This document shows positions 47,475-57,590 of a stretch of 64,000 nt of DNA, in pieces; within the stretch, counting starts at the first letter, position 1, and each line of letters starts with the position of its first letter. Under the pieces are notes generated by a model that searched no databases, was not told the DNA's origin, and worked only from the letters and a program-made list of their open reading frames with translations. The stretch comes from Idiomarina sp. (lineage in GTDB: Bacteria > Pseudomonadota > Gammaproteobacteria > Enterobacterales > Alteromonadaceae), in the NCBI GenBank assembly GCA_040882145.1, contig JBBEBU010000010.1, positions 11,973 to 75,972 on the forward strand, read 5' to 3'. Position numbers and translations under genes: made by a program.

Positions 47475-47873
47475 ATGACCAACGATGCCTTTATTGAGCC
47501 ACAGCCACTGGGCGTACCTTGCCCTCAGTGCGGGCAAGAACTCCTCCTAAAAAAAGGACGCTACGGCCTGTTTGTTGGTTGCGGCGCCTATCCTGATTGC
47601 GAATACATGACCTCCGCGGATTTCGACCCAGGCACCGGTGTGCCTTGCCCCGAGTGTAAAAGCGGTACTTTGGTACAAAAAACCAGTCGCTTCGGTAACT
47701 CGTTTTACGCCTGTGACGCTTACCCCAAGTGCAAATTTTCAGTAAACTTACCACCTGTGGCCCAGGCTTGCCCAAGCTGTGACTATGCGCTGCTGTTACG
47801 AAAGAAATCGGCAGCCGGGGAACGTTTGGTTTGCGCCCGCAAAGAGTGCGGTTATAAATCCGACTTAAGCTAA
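47475..47873 (+). CDS. yrdD: Topoisomerase-I-type zinc-ribbon protein (YrdD-like)
   Basis: Four CxxC...CxxC-type fingers (CPQCG, CPECKSG, CDAYPKC, CPSCD). smg-yrdD-tsaC order as in E. coli. Confidence 0.7.
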   Translation: MTNDAFIEPQPLGVPCPQCGQELLLKKGRYGLFVGCGAYPDCEYMTSADFDPGTGVPCPECKSGTLVQKTSRFGNSFYACDAYPKCKFSVNLPPVAQACPSCDYALLLRKKSAAGERLVCARKECGYKSDLS

Positions 47874-47911
47874 CGCATTACCATCTTTTTAACTGCGACT
47901 AAAATGAAACC

Positions 47912-48493
47912 ATGATGACAACAGAATCAGCAACACCTGACTGGCAGAGCGCCCGTGACGCGTTTAGCAGCGGAGAACTTCTGGCTTACGCAACCGAAGC
48001 GGTATTTGGATTGGGCTGCGACCCCACTAATGAGCAAGCGGTGCAACGTTTGCTTGATCTAAAACAACGGCCGGTGCATAAAGGCCTGATTTTGCTTGCT
48101 GCGAATTACAGTCAGTTGTTACCCTTCGTAGATGATAAAGCCATAGGTCAGGACAAACGCTTCAGCGTGTTTTCGCACTGGCCTGGCGCGGTGACGTTGC
48201 TGTTGCCAGCGCGCGCCGATTGCCCGCAGTGGTTACGTGGTGAGCACATGACTATTGCGACCCGGGTAACAGCCTTTGAACCGGCGCGGCAGTTGTGTAA
48301 GGCGCTTGGCTCAGCCATTGTTTCCACCAGTGCGAACTTGAGTCAACAACCAGCGTTAACCAGCGCGGCGGAGGTTGAGCAAAGCTTCGGTGATCGCCTG
48401 GGTTGGATTTATCAGCATCCGGTTGGCGGCGCGCAAACGCCGTCCAAAATTATTAATCCTTTAACGGGCGAAGTGGTACGTAACGGGCTATGA
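47912..48493 (+). CDS. tsaC: L-threonylcarbamoyladenylate synthase TsaC (YrdC/RimN)
   Basis: [13 protein letters not shown] and STSANLS motifs. Confidence 0.9.
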   Translation: MMTTESATPDWQSARDAFSSGELLAYATEAVFGLGCDPTNEQAVQRLLDLKQRPVHKGLILLAANYSQLLPFVDDKAIGQDKRFSVFSHWPGAVTLLLPARADCPQWLRGEHMTIATRVTAFEPARQLCKALGSAIVSTSANLSQQPALTSAAEVEQSFGDRLGWIYQHPVGGAQTPSKIINPLTGEVVRNGL

Positions 48494-49407
48494 GCACACA
48501 TCAACTTGAACAAGTAAAAACCTACCTACTGAACTTACAGGACGAAATTTGTGCCGGGCTTACGGCTGCCGACGGTGGTGGTGAGTTTGCCGAAGACAGC
48601 TGGCAGCGGCCAGGTGGCGGCGGTGGCCGTTCGCGGGTGCTGAAGCAGGGTGGTGTATTTGAGCAGGGCGGGGTTGGTTTTTCGCATGTGCATGGTGATC
48701 AGATGCCGGCGTCCGCAACGGCGCACCGACCCGAATTAGCGGGCCGCGATTTTAACGCCTGCGGCGTGTCCTTGGTCATGCATCCGCATAATCCCTATGT
48801 GCCTACCAGCCATGCGAATGTGCGCTTTTTTATTGCCGAAAAACCCGATGCTGATCCGGTTTGGTGGTTTGGTGGCGGGTTCGATTTAACCCCGTTTTAT
48901 CCTTTCGATGACGACATTAAGCATTGGCATCAGGTGGCACAGGATGCACTGAAGCCATTTGGTGACGAGCTGTATCCCAAATTTAAAAAGTGGTGCGACG
49001 ACTACTTCTGGTTGAAGCATCGAGAAGAAACCCGCGGCGTGGGCGGCTTATTCTTTGATGACTTGAATGATCGCGAGTTCGAAGAAAGCTTCGCTATTAT
49101 GCGGGCCGTGGGTGATGCCTATTTAACCGCTTACTTACCTATTATTGAGCGTCGTAAAGCCATGCCCTTTGGTGAGCGCGAACGTGAGTTTCAGCTGTAT
49201 CGACGCGGCCGCTATGTGGAGTTTAATCTGGTGTGGGACAGAGGCACCTTGTTCGGACTGCAAACTGGCGGACGTACCGAATCCATTCTGATGTCCATGC
49301 CACCGCTGGCGCGCTGGGAGTATGGTTATGAAGCCGAACCCGGTAGTGCCGAAGCACGCTTAACCAGCGACTATTTGCACCCGCGCGACTGGCTGAGCGA
49401 ACTTTAA
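48490..49407 (+). CDS. hemF: Oxygen-dependent coproporphyrinogen III oxidase
   Basis: 305 aa. [34 protein letters not shown] is typical of HemF. ATGA overlap with tsaC. Confidence 0.95.
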   Translation: MSTHQLEQVKTYLLNLQDEICAGLTAADGGGEFAEDSWQRPGGGGGRSRVLKQGGVFEQGGVGFSHVHGDQMPASATAHRPELAGRDFNACGVSLVMHPHNPYVPTSHANVRFFIAEKPDADPVWWFGGGFDLTPFYPFDDDIKHWHQVAQDALKPFGDELYPKFKKWCDDYFWLKHREETRGVGGLFFDDLNDREFEESFAIMRAVGDAYLTAYLPIIERRKAMPFGEREREFQLYRRGRYVEFNLVWDRGTLFGLQTGGRTESILMSMPPLARWEYGYEAEPGSAEARLTSDYLHPRDWLSEL

Positions 49408-49835
49408 CTATCGGCGCTGTTAATCATGTGGTGAGCCAGCGCGGTAAACTGGCTGCGTAACTGCATTTTTAACAGCGGATCCGTGACTTGCTCGTCCAGC
49501 GCCTGATACATACACAGCAGCCATTGATCGCGTAGCTTGGTATCAATGCGAAAGGGCAGATGCCTGGCGCGCAGGCGCGGGTGACCGTATTTCTGCTCAA
49601 ACAACGCCGGGCCACCTAACCAACCACTTAAAAACTCAAAGAATTTCTGCCGAATCCCCGTTAGCGGCTGGGCGTGTATCGCCAGCAGCTCCGCAGCAGC
49701 AGGGTCGCTCTCCATAATGTCGTAGAAACGGTTCGCCAGTTGGCGCACACCGGCCTGGCCACCTAATTGCTGATACGATGTTAAAGGTGTGTTAGTTTGT
49801 TGCTTTCTCATCAGCTTACGAAAGAATTTCCACAT
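49404..49835 (-). CDS. Group II truncated (2/2) hemoglobin
   Basis: FYDIMESDP...[24 protein letters not shown] matches the trHbO/YjbI signature. The start may be the internal MRKQQ (49811). Confidence 0.75.
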   Translation of the reverse strand: MWKFFRKLMRKQQTNTPLTSYQQLGGQAGVRQLANRFYDIMESDPAAAELLAIHAQPLTGIRQKFFEFLSGWLGGPALFEQKYGHPRLRARHLPFRIDTKLRDQWLLCMYQALDEQVTDPLLKMQLRSQFTALAHHMINSADS

Positions 49836-50667
49836 GGCTCTATTTACGGTATTTGGTAGCCCAATTGCACATAGCTTGTCGCCACAAATTCAGCTGGAAT
49901 TTGCGGACCAATTTGGCCTGGTGAACGAATATCGCCGTAGTTTATCATCGCCGGGTCGTTTTGCCGCTGACGTTGCGTATTTTTTTCGCCATGGTGGTAG
50001 CGGTGCCAATGTGACTGTTCCTTTCAAGCAACAAGCCTATCAATTAGTTACTCATACCACCTTAAGGGCACGCCAAGCTGGCGCGGTGAATACGCTGATG
50101 GGGCTTGGCGCCGGGCAAGTGCTGGGTGACAACACGGACGGGTTAGGTTTAGTGGCGGATTTGCGCTGGCAGTTAGCCCAGGCACAAGCCGGTGACTTAC
50201 GTGGTAAAACGGTGCTGCTGCTGGGTGCCGGTGGGGCTGCTCGGGGTGTGGTCGGGCCCTTGCTTGATGCCGGGGTGGCCAGCTTAACGGTAGCTAACCG
50301 CACCGAAGCACGAGCCGCTGAGCTGGTACAGCGTTTTGCCGATAGTAGGCTGGCTTATTGCAGTATGACTGCGCTTCCGGCCGCCGATATTATTATTCAG
50401 GCCACTAGCGTTGCCTTGCAGCAGCAAACGCTAGCGTTGCCCGAGAATCTAGCGGCACAGGCATTGTTGTGCTATGACATGAGTTACGGTGCAAGCGCCA
50501 CCGAATTCTTGCAGTGGGCAGCAGCGCATGGCTGTAAAAATTGCCATGATGGGCTTGGTATGTTGGTGGAGCAAGCAGCACTTAGTTTTGCTTTGTGGCA
50601 CGACGGATTGTTACCTGATAGTCGTGCGGTTATAGCTAAGTTGCTGGAAAGAAACACCAACGAATAG
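49834..50667 (+). CDS. aroE: Shikimate dehydrogenase
   Basis: [17 protein letters not shown] aligns with E. coli METYAVFGNPIAHSKSP. NADP motif LLGAGGAARG. Confidence 0.92.
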   Translation: MALFTVFGSPIAHSLSPQIQLEFADQFGLVNEYRRSLSSPGRFAADVAYFFRHGGSGANVTVPFKQQAYQLVTHTTLRARQAGAVNTLMGLGAGQVLGDNTDGLGLVADLRWQLAQAQAGDLRGKTVLLLGAGGAARGVVGPLLDAGVASLTVANRTEARAAELVQRFADSRLAYCSMTALPAADIIIQATSVALQQQTLALPENLAAQALLCYDMSYGASATEFLQWAAAHGCKNCHDGLGMLVEQAALSFALWHDGLLPDSRAVIAKLLERNTNE

Positions 50668-50695
50668 GGTTCAGCTTAACTTGAGGAAAGTAACT

Positions 50696-51433
50696 ATGGC
50701 GGAAACAAATGCTCTGACAGCGGCGGACTCGGCTCCGAAAATGCAGCGCGCCCGTCAGCCCAAACAAAAAGAACAACGCCGTGATGCTATTTTACAGGCC
50801 GCGTTGTCGCTTTATTTGCAAGGTAATGGGCAGTTACCCAAAATGGATGCGGTGGCCAAGCAGGTGCAACTGGCGAAAGGCACAGCGTATATTTATTTCA
50901 GCAGTAAAGAAGAAATTTATCAGGCGTTATTAGAGCAACAGTTAACCAGTTGGTTAGCCGCCATACAAAAAGCACTGAAACGACCGCAGCCAGATCCTCT
51001 GCCGCAGTTAGTACAAGCGTTGCAATGCTGGGAGCATCAACAACCGCATTTGTGGACTTTGGCGGCGCTGAATCAGACGGTGCTGGAGCCGGCCATTGAT
51101 ACCAAGAAGCTGCTGGCATTTCGCACCCGCATGGCGCAACAGTTCCGGCAAACCGCTGAACGCATTCAAACCTTCTTGCAAATGCCTGCCGGGCAGTCAG
51201 CACTGCCGGTATTGCTGCAAACCTATGCCAGCATGGTTGGCTTATGGCAATTCAGTAAAGCGCCGGCGGCGTTGTCCCGCCTTATGCAAAACTCCGCTGG
51301 CGGAAATCTTCAAATTAATTTCCGGCAGAGCACCACGCACTTGTGTACTTTAATGTGGCAGGATTATCAGCAGCAGTCACAGCCGCAGAAAAAAGGGGCA
51401 AGTTTAGGAGGGTGGTTCTCGCGTCCGCGTTAA
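50696..51433 (+). CDS. TetR/AcrR family transcriptional regulator
   Basis: HTH region RRDAILQAALSLY...MDAVAKQVQLAKGTAYIYFSSKEEIY. GAGGAAAG precedes the ATG at 50696. Confidence 0.8.
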   Translation: MAETNALTAADSAPKMQRARQPKQKEQRRDAILQAALSLYLQGNGQLPKMDAVAKQVQLAKGTAYIYFSSKEEIYQALLEQQLTSWLAAIQKALKRPQPDPLPQLVQALQCWEHQQPHLWTLAALNQTVLEPAIDTKKLLAFRTRMAQQFRQTAERIQTFLQMPAGQSALPVLLQTYASMVGLWQFSKAPAALSRLMQNSAGGNLQINFRQSTTHLCTLMWQDYQQQSQPQKKGASLGGWFSRPR

Positions 51434-51714
51434 ACTCTCGGGGCAGGGCGACGGTCGCGTAGTTGCAAATCCGGGGTTAAGTTCACGTCACCATTTTTAT
51501 CAACCGTGGCCAACTCGGCATCACGTTTGACGACGGCAATAGGGCCATCTTCTTGATTGCGAATAAAAGCCAGTTCGTAACCAAATTTTTGCAGCTGATA
51601 CACCCCAAACTTTTGCTCCATAGACAGACGTTCCCACCACTGATGCGTCGTGAGTTCAACCCGGCGCCGCTCGAACTGCTGCAGCTGCGCTTGTTCTTTC
51701 TCTGTTAATGGCAT
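51430..51714 (-). CDS. Hypothetical 94-aa protein
   Basis: Open frame with a plausible start. No recognisable motif. Its stop overlaps the TetR stop (TTAA). Confidence 0.45.
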   Translation of the reverse strand: MPLTEKEQAQLQQFERRRVELTTHQWWERLSMEQKFGVYQLQKFGYELAFIRNQEDGPIAVVKRDAELATVDKNGDVNLTPDLQLRDRRPAPRV

Positions 51715-52126
51715 AGGAGCGCTCAGGATCTGTTTAGGCTATGGTGCTAGCATAATGGCTATCATCAAAAACTACCAGTTTTCGTCTTTGCATTTGAATT
51801 CAAGCGGTTAGCATTGGTCAATTCCAAACGAATCTAAACAAATGAAAATACCAGAGGAAATTAGTCTAAAAAAGGACGATCCAATGCTGGATCTAAGATC
51901 CTTTTGTGGTAATCTAACTTCCCTGCCGAAACACGGCAGATTGTAGTTCCCCGGGTTAATCGTTGTCCTCGGTAAAATCAGTTTCCACAACTGACAAAAA
52001 ATATAAAAATAAGCTGTCAGGGTAACGCCATAAGTCAAAATCCCTGTTATACCAAAGACTTACGTCTATTTAGATACTAGTGAAAATATACTTTTCCCTG
52101 GTAGCGTAGATCGTTGCTCACAGACA

Positions 52127-52146
52127 TATCCACTGGTTATCCACAA
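52127..52146 (+). promoter_or_regulatory. DnaA box pair upstream of polA: ATATCCACT (7/9) and a perfect TTATCCACA (52138-52146)
   Basis: Read directly. Ends 87 bp upstream of the polA ATG. E. coli polA expression is known to respond to DnaA. Confidence 0.55.
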
Positions 52147-52232
52147 CACCACAGAACCCTCGCACTGGCTTGATTTAGCTGCTTGTGGCATGCTTGCAGC
52201 ATTCCGATACGCCACGAGATCGAAAGCACTTT

Positions 52233-55046
52233 ATGAACAAAAAAATCCCTGAAAATCCATTCATTTTAGTTGATGGTTCTTCGTATTTATTTCGCGCTTT
52301 TCATGCGCCGCCGCATTTAACCAATTCCGCCGGCGAACCCACCGGTGCTATTTACGGCGTGGTCAATATGCTCCGCAGTTTGGTGAAACGCTACAAACCG
52401 TCGCACATGGCGGTGATTTTTGATGCCAAAGGGCCAACCTTTCGCAACGAAATGTATTCAGAATACAAAGCCAATCGTCCACCCATGCCGGATGACTTGC
52501 GCTCGCAAATAGAGCCACTGCATAAAATAGTGCAGGCCATGGGTTTGCCGTTACTTTGCGTAGAGGGCGTCGAAGCCGATGATGTGATTGGAACCCTGGC
52601 ACAACAGGCCGGTGACAAAGGGCGTTTCACGCTGATTAGCACCGGCGATAAAGACATGGCGCAGTTGGTTAATGAACACGTGTACCTCATCAATACCATG
52701 AGTGGCGATATTTCCGATGCCGAAGCGGTAACAGAGAAGTTTGGGGTGCGGCCGGATCAAATTATTGATTATCTGGCGTTAATGGGCGATAGCTCCGATA
52801 ACATTCCTGGGTTGCCAAAAGCTGGGCAGAAAACAGCTCAGGCGTTGTTGCAGGGGCTGGAAAGTATTGATGCGATTTATGCAAACACCGCGGCTGTTAC
52901 CGAGCTGTCATTCCGTGGCGCCAAAACCATGCCCGACAAGCTGGCTGAACACAAAGACCAGGTATATATGTCGCGCGATTTGGCCACTATAAAGTGTGAC
53001 GTGCCATTGGATTTTAACCCCGACGAGCTGACTATTTCATCAGCCGATACCGAGGCGTTAAAAGAGTTGTATGGCCGTTGTGAATTCCGTCAGTGGCTAG
53101 GTGAATTGCTGGCGCAGGGTGCGGTAACGGATCTGGCCCGGCAAAATGACCTAAGCACTGGCTCGTCAGCAAGTACAGAAGCAACGGCTGATACGGGTTC
53201 CGACAGTGCGCTTACCGCCAATCAGTTTGACGATTGTGATTATTCCGCTATTACCGATATGGCCGAGTTTGAAAACTGGCTTCAGAAACTTGCCAAAGCT
53301 GACTATTTTGCTTTCGATACCGAAACCACCAGCCTGAACTATATGGAAGCTGAGTTAGTGGGAGTGTCGCTGGCGATTAAGCCGGGTGAAGCGGTTTATA
53401 TACCGGTTGGGCACAACTATCCGGGCGCACCGGATCAGCTTTCCCGTGATGAGGTGTTGGCGAAGCTCAAACCCTTGCTGGAAGCAGAAACACCGAAAAA
53501 AATTGGCCAGAACCTGAAGTACGACGCCCACATTCTGCGGCGTTACGACATTCGCCTAAACGGCATACTCAGTGACACCATGCTGGCCTCTTATGTGTAT
53601 AACAGCGTTGGCTCGCGGCATGATATGGACACCTTAAGCTTGCAGTATTTGCAGCATAAAACCATTAGCTACACCGATGTAGCTGGCAAAGGTGCTAAGC
53701 AAATTACTTTTAATGACGTAGCACTTGAGCAGGCTATTCCCTATGCCTCGGAAGACGCCGATGTGACTTTGCGCTTGCATGAGCACCTATGGGGCACGCT
53801 CAGCGGCGAAGGCAAACTGAAGCAAGTGCTGACCGACATGGAAGTGCCGCTCATTCCTATTTTGTGCGACATGGAACAGCGCGGCGTGCAAATTGACGCC
53901 CAGTTGCTGGCCAAACAAAGTCACGAACTGGCCATGAAGTTACAGAACTTAGAAGAACGAGCCTACGAAATTGCTGGCGAAACCTTTAACTTAGGTTCAC
54001 CTAAGCAGCTCCAGCGCATTTTGTTTGAAGAGCTGAAGCTACCCATTTTAAAGAAAACACCAAAAGGTGCGCCGTCTACGGCCGAGGAAACCTTGCAGGA
54101 ACTGGCTTTAGATTACCCGTTGCCAGCGGTTATTATGGAGCATCGGGGCTTAGCTAAACTGAAGTCTACCTATACCGACAAACTACCGAAAATGGTAAAC
54201 CATCGCACCCAGCGTATTCATACGTCCTATCATCAGGCGGTTACCGCTACCGGGCGTTTGTCGTCAAGCGATCCGAACTTGCAGAATATTCCGATTCGTA
54301 CCGAAGAAGGGCGGCGGGTACGCCAGGCCTTTACTGCGCCTGAAGGTTATGTGGTGCTGGCTATCGACTACAGCCAAATTGAACTGCGCATTATGGCGCA
54401 TTTGTCGCAGGACAAAAACTTGTTGCAGGCATTCGCGCGGGCCCAGGACATTCATAAAGCAACTGCTGCAGAAGTGTTTGGGGTAAGCCTGGAAGACGTA
54501 ACGAATGAGCAGCGGCGCAGTGCTAAAGCGGTTAACTTCGGGTTGATTTATGGCATGTCTGCGTTTGGTTTGGCGCGCCAGTTAGATATTCCACGCCATG
54601 AAGCGCAGCACTATATGGACAAGTATTTCGAGCGCTTCCCGGGCGTGCTTGAATACATGGAAACCACGCGCGAAAAAGCCAAACAACAGGGCTACGTTGA
54701 AACCATTTACGGTAGACGTTTGCACTTGCCGGAAATCAACGCGCAGCACGGGGGCCGCCGTAAAGCTGCCGAGCGTGCCGCCATTAACGCGCCGATGCAG
54801 GGCACCGCCGCCGACATTATTAAACGGGCCATGATTAAAGTGGCGGATTGGATAGAACAGAATACCAGTCGTGGTGATGTATGGATGATCATGCAGGTAC
54901 ACGATGAGCTGGTGTTTGAAGTAAAAACGGAGCAGCTGGAAAGGCTGCAGGCCGAACTAGTGAAAGTCATGGAAAGTGCTGCACAGCTGGACGTGCCGTT
55001 AATTGCTGAAGCAGGGTCGGGCAATAACTGGGACGAGGCGCATTAA
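52233..55046 (+). CDS. polA: DNA polymerase I
   Basis: 937 aa from MNKKIPENPFILVDGSSYLFRAFHA, with 5' nuclease, 3'-5' exonuclease and polymerase domains. The ORF-track start at 52185 is probably too early. Confidence 0.97.
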   Translation: MNKKIPENPFILVDGSSYLFRAFHAPPHLTNSAGEPTGAIYGVVNMLRSLVKRYKPSHMAVIFDAKGPTFRNEMYSEYKANRPPMPDDLRSQIEPLHKIVQAMGLPLLCVEGVEADDVIGTLAQQAGDKGRFTLISTGDKDMAQLVNEHVYLINTMSGDISDAEAVTEKFGVRPDQIIDYLALMGDSSDNIPGLPKAGQKTAQALLQGLESIDAIYANTAAVTELSFRGAKTMPDKLAEHKDQVYMSRDLATIKCDVPLDFNPDELTISSADTEALKELYGRCEFRQWLGELLAQGAVTDLARQNDLSTGSSASTEATADTGSDSALTANQFDDCDYSAITDMAEFENWLQKLAKADYFAFDTETTSLNYMEAELVGVSLAIKPGEAVYIPVGHNYPGAPDQLSRDEVLAKLKPLLEAETPKKIGQNLKYDAHILRRYDIRLNGILSDTMLASYVYNSVGSRHDMDTLSLQYLQHKTISYTDVAGKGAKQITFNDVALEQAIPYASEDADVTLRLHEHLWGTLSGEGKLKQVLTDMEVPLIPILCDMEQRGVQIDAQLLAKQSHELAMKLQNLEERAYEIAGETFNLGSPKQLQRILFEELKLPILKKTPKGAPSTAEETLQELALDYPLPAVIMEHRGLAKLKSTYTDKLPKMVNHRTQRIHTSYHQAVTATGRLSSSDPNLQNIPIRTEEGRRVRQAFTAPEGYVVLAIDYSQIELRIMAHLSQDKNLLQAFARAQDIHKATAAEVFGVSLEDVTNEQRRSAKAVNFGLIYGMSAFGLARQLDIPRHEAQHYMDKYFERFPGVLEYMETTREKAKQQGYVETIYGRRLHLPEINAQHGGRRKAAERAAINAPMQGTAADIIKRAMIKVADWIEQNTSRGDVWMIMQVHDELVFEVKTEQLERLQAELVKVMESAAQLDVPLIAEAGSGNNWDEAH

Positions 55047-55148
55047 TTCGTTTTAAGGTATTAGCAGACTAAGCTATTGAAATAAAAGGAGGATCAAAAT
55101 TATTTTGATTTTTCTGAACTTTAGCCAGGGTGTCCAGTCTGAATATAT

Positions 55149-55229
55149 GAAGGGTGCAATAACTCTTCTGAGATGTTCTCTCCCTGGATTGTTAGATTTT
55201 ATACCCGGCCTCTTGGCCGGGTTTTTTTT
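55149..55229 (+). ncRNA. spf: Candidate Spot 42 (spf)-like small RNA
   Basis: Same position as E. coli spf, immediately downstream of polA. Blocks shared with my recollection of E. coli Spot 42, in the same order: AGGGTnCA (55151-58), AGATGTTCT (55171-79, exact 9-mer), GGATT (55186-90), ATTTTA (55196-201). Ends in a strong terminator. Confidence 0.45.
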
Positions 55230-56097
55230 GCTTGCGATTGGCGAACCAAACGCCCACTAAAATGCCCGTAAAGCCAAGGCCTTGTTGCAACCAAAACGGT
55301 TCGCCGTCCAGAATACCCAAAATGACCGCAACCACCGGAATCAAATAAGTAACCGAACTGGTGAATACCGTATTGGTCATTTGCACCAGGGTATTGAAAA
55401 TAACCAGTGCTGCTGCGGTGCCTATAATTCCCAAAATTAAGATAGCGGTAAGCGCAAACCAAGCGTCAGGCTGCTGCATGGTTTGTTCTATTGGCGTACC
55501 TAAGAATAAATAAAGGACCGCTGGTGGCGCCACTAAAAATAGCGAAACACCGGTGATGGTCAGCGGACGCAAATCAGCAATATGGTATTTAATGAGGTTT
55601 AGGTTCAGGCCATAGCAAATCGTGGCGGCAATAACCAACAGGGCGAAACTATTGAATTGCAGTTCGCCGTTGGCGCTGGCGGTAATCAATAGCATCGTAC
55701 CAATCATGCCAATAATAACGCCCAGCCACTGCTGCATTAGCGCTTCACGTTTAAATACCAAAGTTCCCAACAACAGGGTCGCTAGCGGGGTAAAGGTATT
55801 CAGTACGCCGGTAACGCCGCTGGTGAGCTGGGTTTGGGCAAAGGCGAATAAGAAGGCGGGAATAAAACTGCCTACCAGACCTACGCAAATAAGCTTTAGC
55901 CAGTGACGCCGGGAAATAGCGCGAAAGCGCTTCCAGATAAAGGGGAGTAATACAAAACCGGCGGAGCCAATACGAATAGCAGCGAGTTGATCCGGGCTAA
56001 ATGCCAGCAAGCCTTTTTTAATCAGTAAAAAAGAACTACCCCAAATTAGCGCCAGTAACAGTAACAGCAGCCAGGCGCTGCGTGGAATGTCATTCAT
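55192..56097 (-). CDS. EamA/DMT superfamily transporter
   Basis: 301 aa, 10 predicted TM segments in two EamA-like halves. Confidence 0.85.
   Translation of the reverse strand: MNDIPRSAWLLLLLLALIWGSSFLLIKKGLLAFSPDQLAAIRIGSAGFVLLPFIWKRFRAISRRHWLKLICVGLVGSFIPAFLFAFAQTQLTSGVTGVLNTFTPLATLLLGTLVFKREALMQQWLGVIIGMIGTMLLITASANGELQFNSFALLVIAATICYGLNLNLIKYHIADLRPLTITGVSLFLVAPPAVLYLFLGTPIEQTMQQPDAWFALTAILILGIIGTAAALVIFNTLVQMTNTVFTSSVTYLIPVVAVILGILDGEPFWLQQGLGFTGILVGVWFANRKQKKPGQEAGYKI
55203..55229 (+). terminator. Rho-independent terminator ACCCGGCC-TCTT-GGCCGGGT + T8
   Basis: Read directly. Lies inside the last codons of the convergent EamA gene. Confidence 0.85.
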
Positions 56098-56716
56098 CGT
56101 CTGCCGTAACCGGGTTCGGATCGTTAAACCATTCGGTTAATTTGGCCTCAACTTTATCCAGACCAAGCTTACTGAGCGACGAGAACGCCTCAACGGTAAC
56201 GTCGCCACCGAATACCAGTGCAGCTTCGCGGGCTTTTAATAAGGTTGAGTTGCGAACGCCTGGTTTGAGCTTATCGGCTTTGGTTAGCAACACCAGCACC
56301 CGAATTTTACTGTCGGTAGCCCAGTGTAAAAGTTCCTGGTCTACTTCGCGGTAAGGATGACGAATGTCCATGAGCAATACCAGCCCGCGCAAAGATTTGC
56401 GCAATTGCAGGTATTCACTTAAGGCTAATTGCCATTTTTCTTTTACTTCTAAAGGTACTTTCGCGAAACCATAGCCGGGTAAATCCACCAGGCGTTGATC
56501 AGGTTTCACTTCAAATACGTTAATAAGCTGAGTACGACCCGGGGTTTTACTGGTTCGTGCCAGCGCTTTCTGTCGGGTTAAGGTGTTCAGGGCGCTGGAC
56601 TTGCCCGCGTTAGAGCGACCCGCGAATGCGACTTCAATGCCTTCGTCCGCTGGTAATTTGCTGATTTCTGGGGCGCTGGTAATAAAACGCGTAGGCTGGA
56701 AATTGATAACACTCAC
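56090..56716 (-). CDS. engB: Ribosome biogenesis GTP-binding protein EngB (YihA/YsxC)
   Basis: G1 motif [23 protein letters not shown]. Confidence 0.95.
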   Translation of the reverse strand: MSVINFQPTRFITSAPEISKLPADEGIEVAFAGRSNAGKSSALNTLTRQKALARTSKTPGRTQLINVFEVKPDQRLVDLPGYGFAKVPLEVKEKWQLALSEYLQLRKSLRGLVLLMDIRHPYREVDQELLHWATDSKIRVLVLLTKADKLKPGVRNSTLLKAREAALVFGGDVTVEAFSSLSKLGLDKVEAKLTEWFNDPNPVTADDE

Positions 56717-56966
56717 CGGAACATAACCTTTATCTGACAGAGGGATGACATGCGTTTCGTTTTGAAACTATTGTTATTGCGCATAGTATCACCGATGCTG
56801 CTATTTCCGCCAATGATCGTTATTGTTACAAATACACCTACGAACTATGGTGGTTTTAACGATTAGCCATTTAATCCTTACTCGTTTTGTGTAAAATAGC
56901 GTCTGTTGAATTTTTTGTCTGTGCGTACACGGGCGCAGAGCGCCACCCAATACAGAGATATCAAGC

Positions 56967-57590
56967 ATGAAAAAAATTGCAGTGTTATTCGGACTGTACG
57001 TTGCTGTCAGCGGTTATGCGTTGGCCAACGGTGATGTAGAAGCTGGCCAGGAGAAAGCGCAGGTATGTGCTGCTTGTCATGGTCCGCAGGGTAATACAGC
57101 GGTAGACATGTACCCAAAATTAGCGGGTCAGCATGCATCTTACATTGCCAAGCAGTTGCATGATTACAAATTAGCTGCCGAAACCAATGGTGAAGAAGGT
57201 CGTGAGAACGCGATCATGCAAGGTCAGGTACAAGGCTTGAGCGATGAAGATATCGCCGACTTGTCAGCTTACTTTGCAGCGCAGGAGCCTGAAGTTGGCA
57301 CCGCACCAGAAGATGTTGTTGCAAGCGCAGAGCGTTTATACCGAGCTGGTGACATGGAGCGCGGCATTGCAGCTTGTGCGGCGTGTCACGGCCCACGTGG
57401 CGATGGCATGGGTTTGGCGAAGTTCCCTGATGTATCAGGCAACCATGCAACTTATGTGAAGCAGCAATTAGAAATGTTTCGTAGCGGTGAACGCGCCAAT
57501 GACCCGAATGGCATGATGCGCGATATTGCAAGCAAACTGACCGATGAAGATATTGATTTACTGTCAAAATATTTGGGTGGTTTGTACTAA
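56967..57590 (+). CDS. Dihaem cytochrome c4
   Basis: Signal peptide and two CAACHG haem-binding motifs. Confidence 0.9.
   Translation: MKKIAVLFGLYVAVSGYALANGDVEAGQEKAQVCAACHGPQGNTAVDMYPKLAGQHASYIAKQLHDYKLAAETNGEEGRENAIMQGQVQGLSDEDIADLSAYFAAQEPEVGTAPEDVVASAERLYRAGDMERGIAACAACHGPRGDGMGLAKFPDVSGNHATYVKQQLEMFRSGERANDPNGMMRDIASKLTDEDIDLLSKYLGGLY

Noticed and set aside
51808-52038. 76-aa minus-strand ORF, and a 34-aa plus-strand ORF (51842-51946), in the polA upstream gap
   Set aside because: Neither has a Shine-Dalgarno sequence. The composition is low-complexity, hydrophobic and Cys-rich, as expected of random AT-rich frames. There is no recognisable motif.
52185-52232. Longer N-terminal extensions proposed by the ORF track for polA, and likewise for dgt (6383-6460), dnaN (22690), tag (30337), rsmB (43326), aroE (49789), cysE (60363), TetR (50681) and the TPR gene (15500)
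   Set aside because: The conserved N-termini of these families begin at the internal Met. The extensions overlap neighbouring genes or lack ribosome-binding sites.
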